DNA from: an uncultured Actinomycetes bacterium
GTDB taxonomy: Bacteria > Actinomycetota > Acidimicrobiia > IMCC26256 > DASPTH01
Length of the DNA: 64,000 bases
Assembly: GCA_963809795.1 (NCBI GenBank)
Contig: CAWELN010000006.1
Coordinates: 398,409-462,408, forward strand
Direction: 5' to 3'
Shown: piece by piece, positions 61,667 to 64,000 of the stretch
Layout: every line of letters starts with the position of its first letter
How positions within the stretch are numbered: position 1 is the stretch's first letter
Notes under the pieces: model-generated
Database searches by the model: none
Told to the model about the DNA's origin: nothing
The model's input: the letters and a program-made list of their open reading frames with translations, nothing else
Program-made: the position numbers and the translations under genes

Positions 61667-62256
61667 CACCACCGCAAGGACGATCCGCGGAGCGCACGCG
61701 CGCTGCACTGGTCGACGCGGCCCGCAAGTTGTTCGTCGCCAAGGGCTATTTCGCGACGGGCACCGAAGAGATCGTCACCAAAGCGAACGTCGGCACACGA
61801 GGCGCGCTCTACCACCACTTCGCCGACAAGCAAGACCTGTTCCTCGCTGTCTTCCATCAGGTCCAAGCGGATCTCGCTGCGGCGACGACAGGGTCTGAAC
61901 GCGGCGACGCGCTCGACCTGTTGATCGGCGCACTCCAACAGTTCCTCGACGCCTCCGCCGACAACGCCGACGTTCAACAAGTCCTGCTCATCGACGGACC
62001 AGCGGTGCTCGGATGGGACCAATGGCGACGCCTCGAAGCCGACTACGGACTCGGAGCCATCACAGCCATGCTCGACGCCGCAGTATCGGAGCGCGCCATC
62101 CCCAAGCAACCGACCGCACCGCTCGCGCACATGCTCTTAGCCGCGGTCGATGAGGCTGCGCTCTACATCGCCAACGCGTACGACCGCCGTCAGGCTCGCA
62201 ACGAAACGCGCCGAGCCCTCGGACGCCTCCTCGACGGGCTGCGATCCGAGAAGTAG
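61663..62256 (+). CDS. TetR-family regulator
   Basis: TR..LVDAAR.LF..KGY, TRGALYHHF.DK. Confidence 0.92.
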   Translation: MSPPQGRSAERTRAALVDAARKLFVAKGYFATGTEEIVTKANVGTRGALYHHFADKQDLFLAVFHQVQADLAAATTGSERGDALDLLIGALQQFLDASADNADVQQVLLIDGPAVLGWDQWRRLEADYGLGAITAMLDAAVSERAIPKQPTAPLAHMLLAAVDEAALYIANAYDRRQARNETRRALGRLLDGLRSEK

Positions 62257-62441
62257 CCGTCGCGCCATTGCCTGGAACGGGTGGGCGACGCCGAGCTCGA
62301 GACCCACGTCGACGCGCTCTCCGCCCACATCGCCGAAGCAGAAGTGGACCGTCACACGTTTGCCCCAGGGGCAGAGCCCGGCGGGGCGGCGAGCTACAAC
62401 CTTCTGACAATCCGGGCGACGTCAGACGCCGGTGTGCCAGG

Positions 62442-63350
62442 TCAAGCGTTTGCGAGAGTGCTGATAAGGCCCCACGTGGCGCTGACCTCGTCAGGGTTTC
62501 CCAGGGGGATTGCCGCGACGTCCGTCGCGCCTCGAGAGGCCAAGCCGGTGAGGGCGGCGCCCACTTGGTCGGCGTTTCCGATGATCGCGACATCAATTGC
62601 GTCCGCGACGCCCTCTCGGTCCAGCATCGCGCTGTACGACGGAATGTCGCGGTAGCTGCCGATCGCAGGACCCAGCCTTTCCCGAGCGCTCGCCGCATCG
62701 TCGGTGACGCAGACGGGCAGACACACCACCACGCGAGGGTCAGGACGACCAGCCGCTGCTGCGGCTGCTCGGATCGTCGGCGACACGTAGCTTTCAATCG
62801 TCGCTGCGCCTGTCATCCATGTGATTGTCCCCGCCGTTCGTTCACCGGCAAGCTGCAACATCCGTGGTCCGAGAGCTGCGATCAGCACCGGCGGCGGCGT
62901 CGGCAGCTCGGCCGCGCCGAGCTGGGTCGACAGCGCGAAACTCTCGTTCGGCGTCGCTGGTTCCCCCGCCATCAACGCGTCGAGCGTCGACAAGTAGTCC
63001 GCCAAGTAGCTCACTGAACGGCGACGGGGAAGTCCGTACAGCCGCTCGAGGTTGTGGGCATGCGCGAGGCCAAGTCCGAGCGCCAACCGGCCACCACACA
63101 GCGCTTGCGCGGTGAGCGCCTGCTCCGCGAGCACCACCGGATGTCTCGTCTGGACGGGTATGACTGCGGTGCCGACTTCGACTTCGCCAACGCCCCAGGA
63201 AGAGATCAGCGTCAAGGCGTCGAACCCGAGATGCTGCGTGATCCACACTGACGACACGTCAGCAGCCCGCGCCTGTTCGTACTCTGCGACCAACTGAGAA
63301 ATCGTGTCCCCGAGGCCGCCACGGTGACCGATCACTACACCAATCCGCAT
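62442..63350 (-). CDS. LLM-class (probably F420-dependent) oxidoreductase
   Basis: GTAVIP...RHP, GRL.LGLG, AALGPRML.LAG. Confidence 0.85.
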   Translation of the reverse strand: MRIGVVIGHRGGLGDTISQLVAEYEQARAADVSSVWITQHLGFDALTLISSWGVGEVEVGTAVIPVQTRHPVVLAEQALTAQALCGGRLALGLGLAHAHNLERLYGLPRRRSVSYLADYLSTLDALMAGEPATPNESFALSTQLGAAELPTPPPVLIAALGPRMLQLAGERTAGTITWMTGAATIESYVSPTIRAAAAAAGRPDPRVVVCLPVCVTDDAASARERLGPAIGSYRDIPSYSAMLDREGVADAIDVAIIGNADQVGAALTGLASRGATDVAAIPLGNPDEVSATWGLISTLANA

Positions 63351-63468
63351 GACGCAGTCCCTTCCAAGGCGTCACCAAACTGAACCTGTCGTTCAAAGAA
63401 ACGGACGCCGACAAACCGCACACGCGCTCGATGGCACGTGAGGAAATGCGCCTGGAAGCCGCCTGCAT

Positions 63469-64000
63469 TCACACGCGGTGGAAGATCGCCATCGAAGTGG
63501 AGATGGCGCGATCGTCCTTGCCCTCGTCGTAGAGCGTCGCGGCGACCGCGATGCGGCTGCTCCCTGCGCCGTTCACCCTCGCTTCGGCTCGGAAGGGACC
63601 GGTGACACCGGGACGCTCCATCATGACGTGCCAGCTCTCGACTTGCAGCGCGTCGGTGCTCGCGTGGTCCGCCGCGGCCTCCATCGCTGCCACCTCGAGC
63701 ACGATGTTGATCGGACCGAGGTGCAGGGCCGCGTGGGGAGCCGAGAACTCGGCGCGCAACGGTGGGAGTCGCCAGAGGCTGTCCGCACCGCGTTCGGCGC
63801 CGAACACCTCGTGCAAGCGCGGCAGGTCCGGGCTGTCTTCGACGTCGATCGGGGGGTTGTCGATCTTCTCGTAGCCGTCGGGCACGTCGCCGAGCGACAC
63901 GCCCATGCCCGATGACACCGCGATCACGCGCTCGGGATTGTCTGCATCGACGGTGCGCGAGCGGCTGTAGCCCATGGTGCGACCGAGGTGGATCACGTCG
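63469..64000 (-). CDS. Hotdog-fold (PaaI-like) protein, 5'-truncated by the window edge
   Basis: LHLGP...LE.AA, RPG..GPFRAEA. Confidence 0.6.
   Translation of the reverse strand, partial: DVIHLGRTMGYSRSRTVDADNPERVIAVSSGMGVSLGDVPDGYEKIDNPPIDVEDSPDLPRLHEVFGAERGADSLWRLPPLRAEFSAPHAALHLGPINIVLEVAAMEAAADHASTDALQVESWHVMMERPGVTGPFRAEARVNGAGSSRIAVAATLYDEGKDDRAISTSMAIFHRV

Larger units (their letters stand above)
54431..64000. mobile_element. tRNA-Val-anchored genomic island (degenerate integrative element); right end not seen
   Basis: Integrase immediately after the tRNA, IS elements, visibly more A/T-ending codons. Confidence 0.65.

Overview
High-GC actinobacterial chromosome segment; the gene set and style suggest Acidimicrobiia (inference). 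The left part (1-14.2 kb) is core: ctaG, two cupredoxins, a lipid kinase, a degenerate uppS, recO, glyQS, a J-like/RDD protein, ppdK, dgt, dnaG and rpoD. Between tRNA-Ile2 (16.7 kb) and tRNA-Asn (43.2 kb) lies a ~21 kb group 1h high-affinity [NiFe]-hydrogenase cluster (nikMNQO, Fur/Nur-like regulator, hypABCDEF, hhySL, NifU-like and conserved accessory genes). It also carries unexpected components: two cytoplasmic YceI (isoprenoid/quinone-binding) domains, one of them fused to a PadR regulator, an output-less tandem-PAS protein, and a Cas4/AddB-like Fe-S protein with an altered catalytic motif. Next come an HTH/LAGLIDADG-like gene running into tRNA-Asn, an ECF sigma/anti-sigma/paralogous target module with two matching promoters, mobA-fdhD-fdhF, and a whiB7/wblC gene with a complete uORF-antiterminator-terminator leader. 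From tRNA-Val (54.4 kb) onward there is an integrated island: a tyrosine integrase, a helically phased decamer array beside an oriT-like hairpin, and two IS110 elements with readable bridge-RNA-like ends, one of which appears to target its own right end. Many single-base frameshifts suggest long-read indel errors, so split genes should not be taken as true pseudogenes without read checks. All family assignments come from motif recognition, not database searches.
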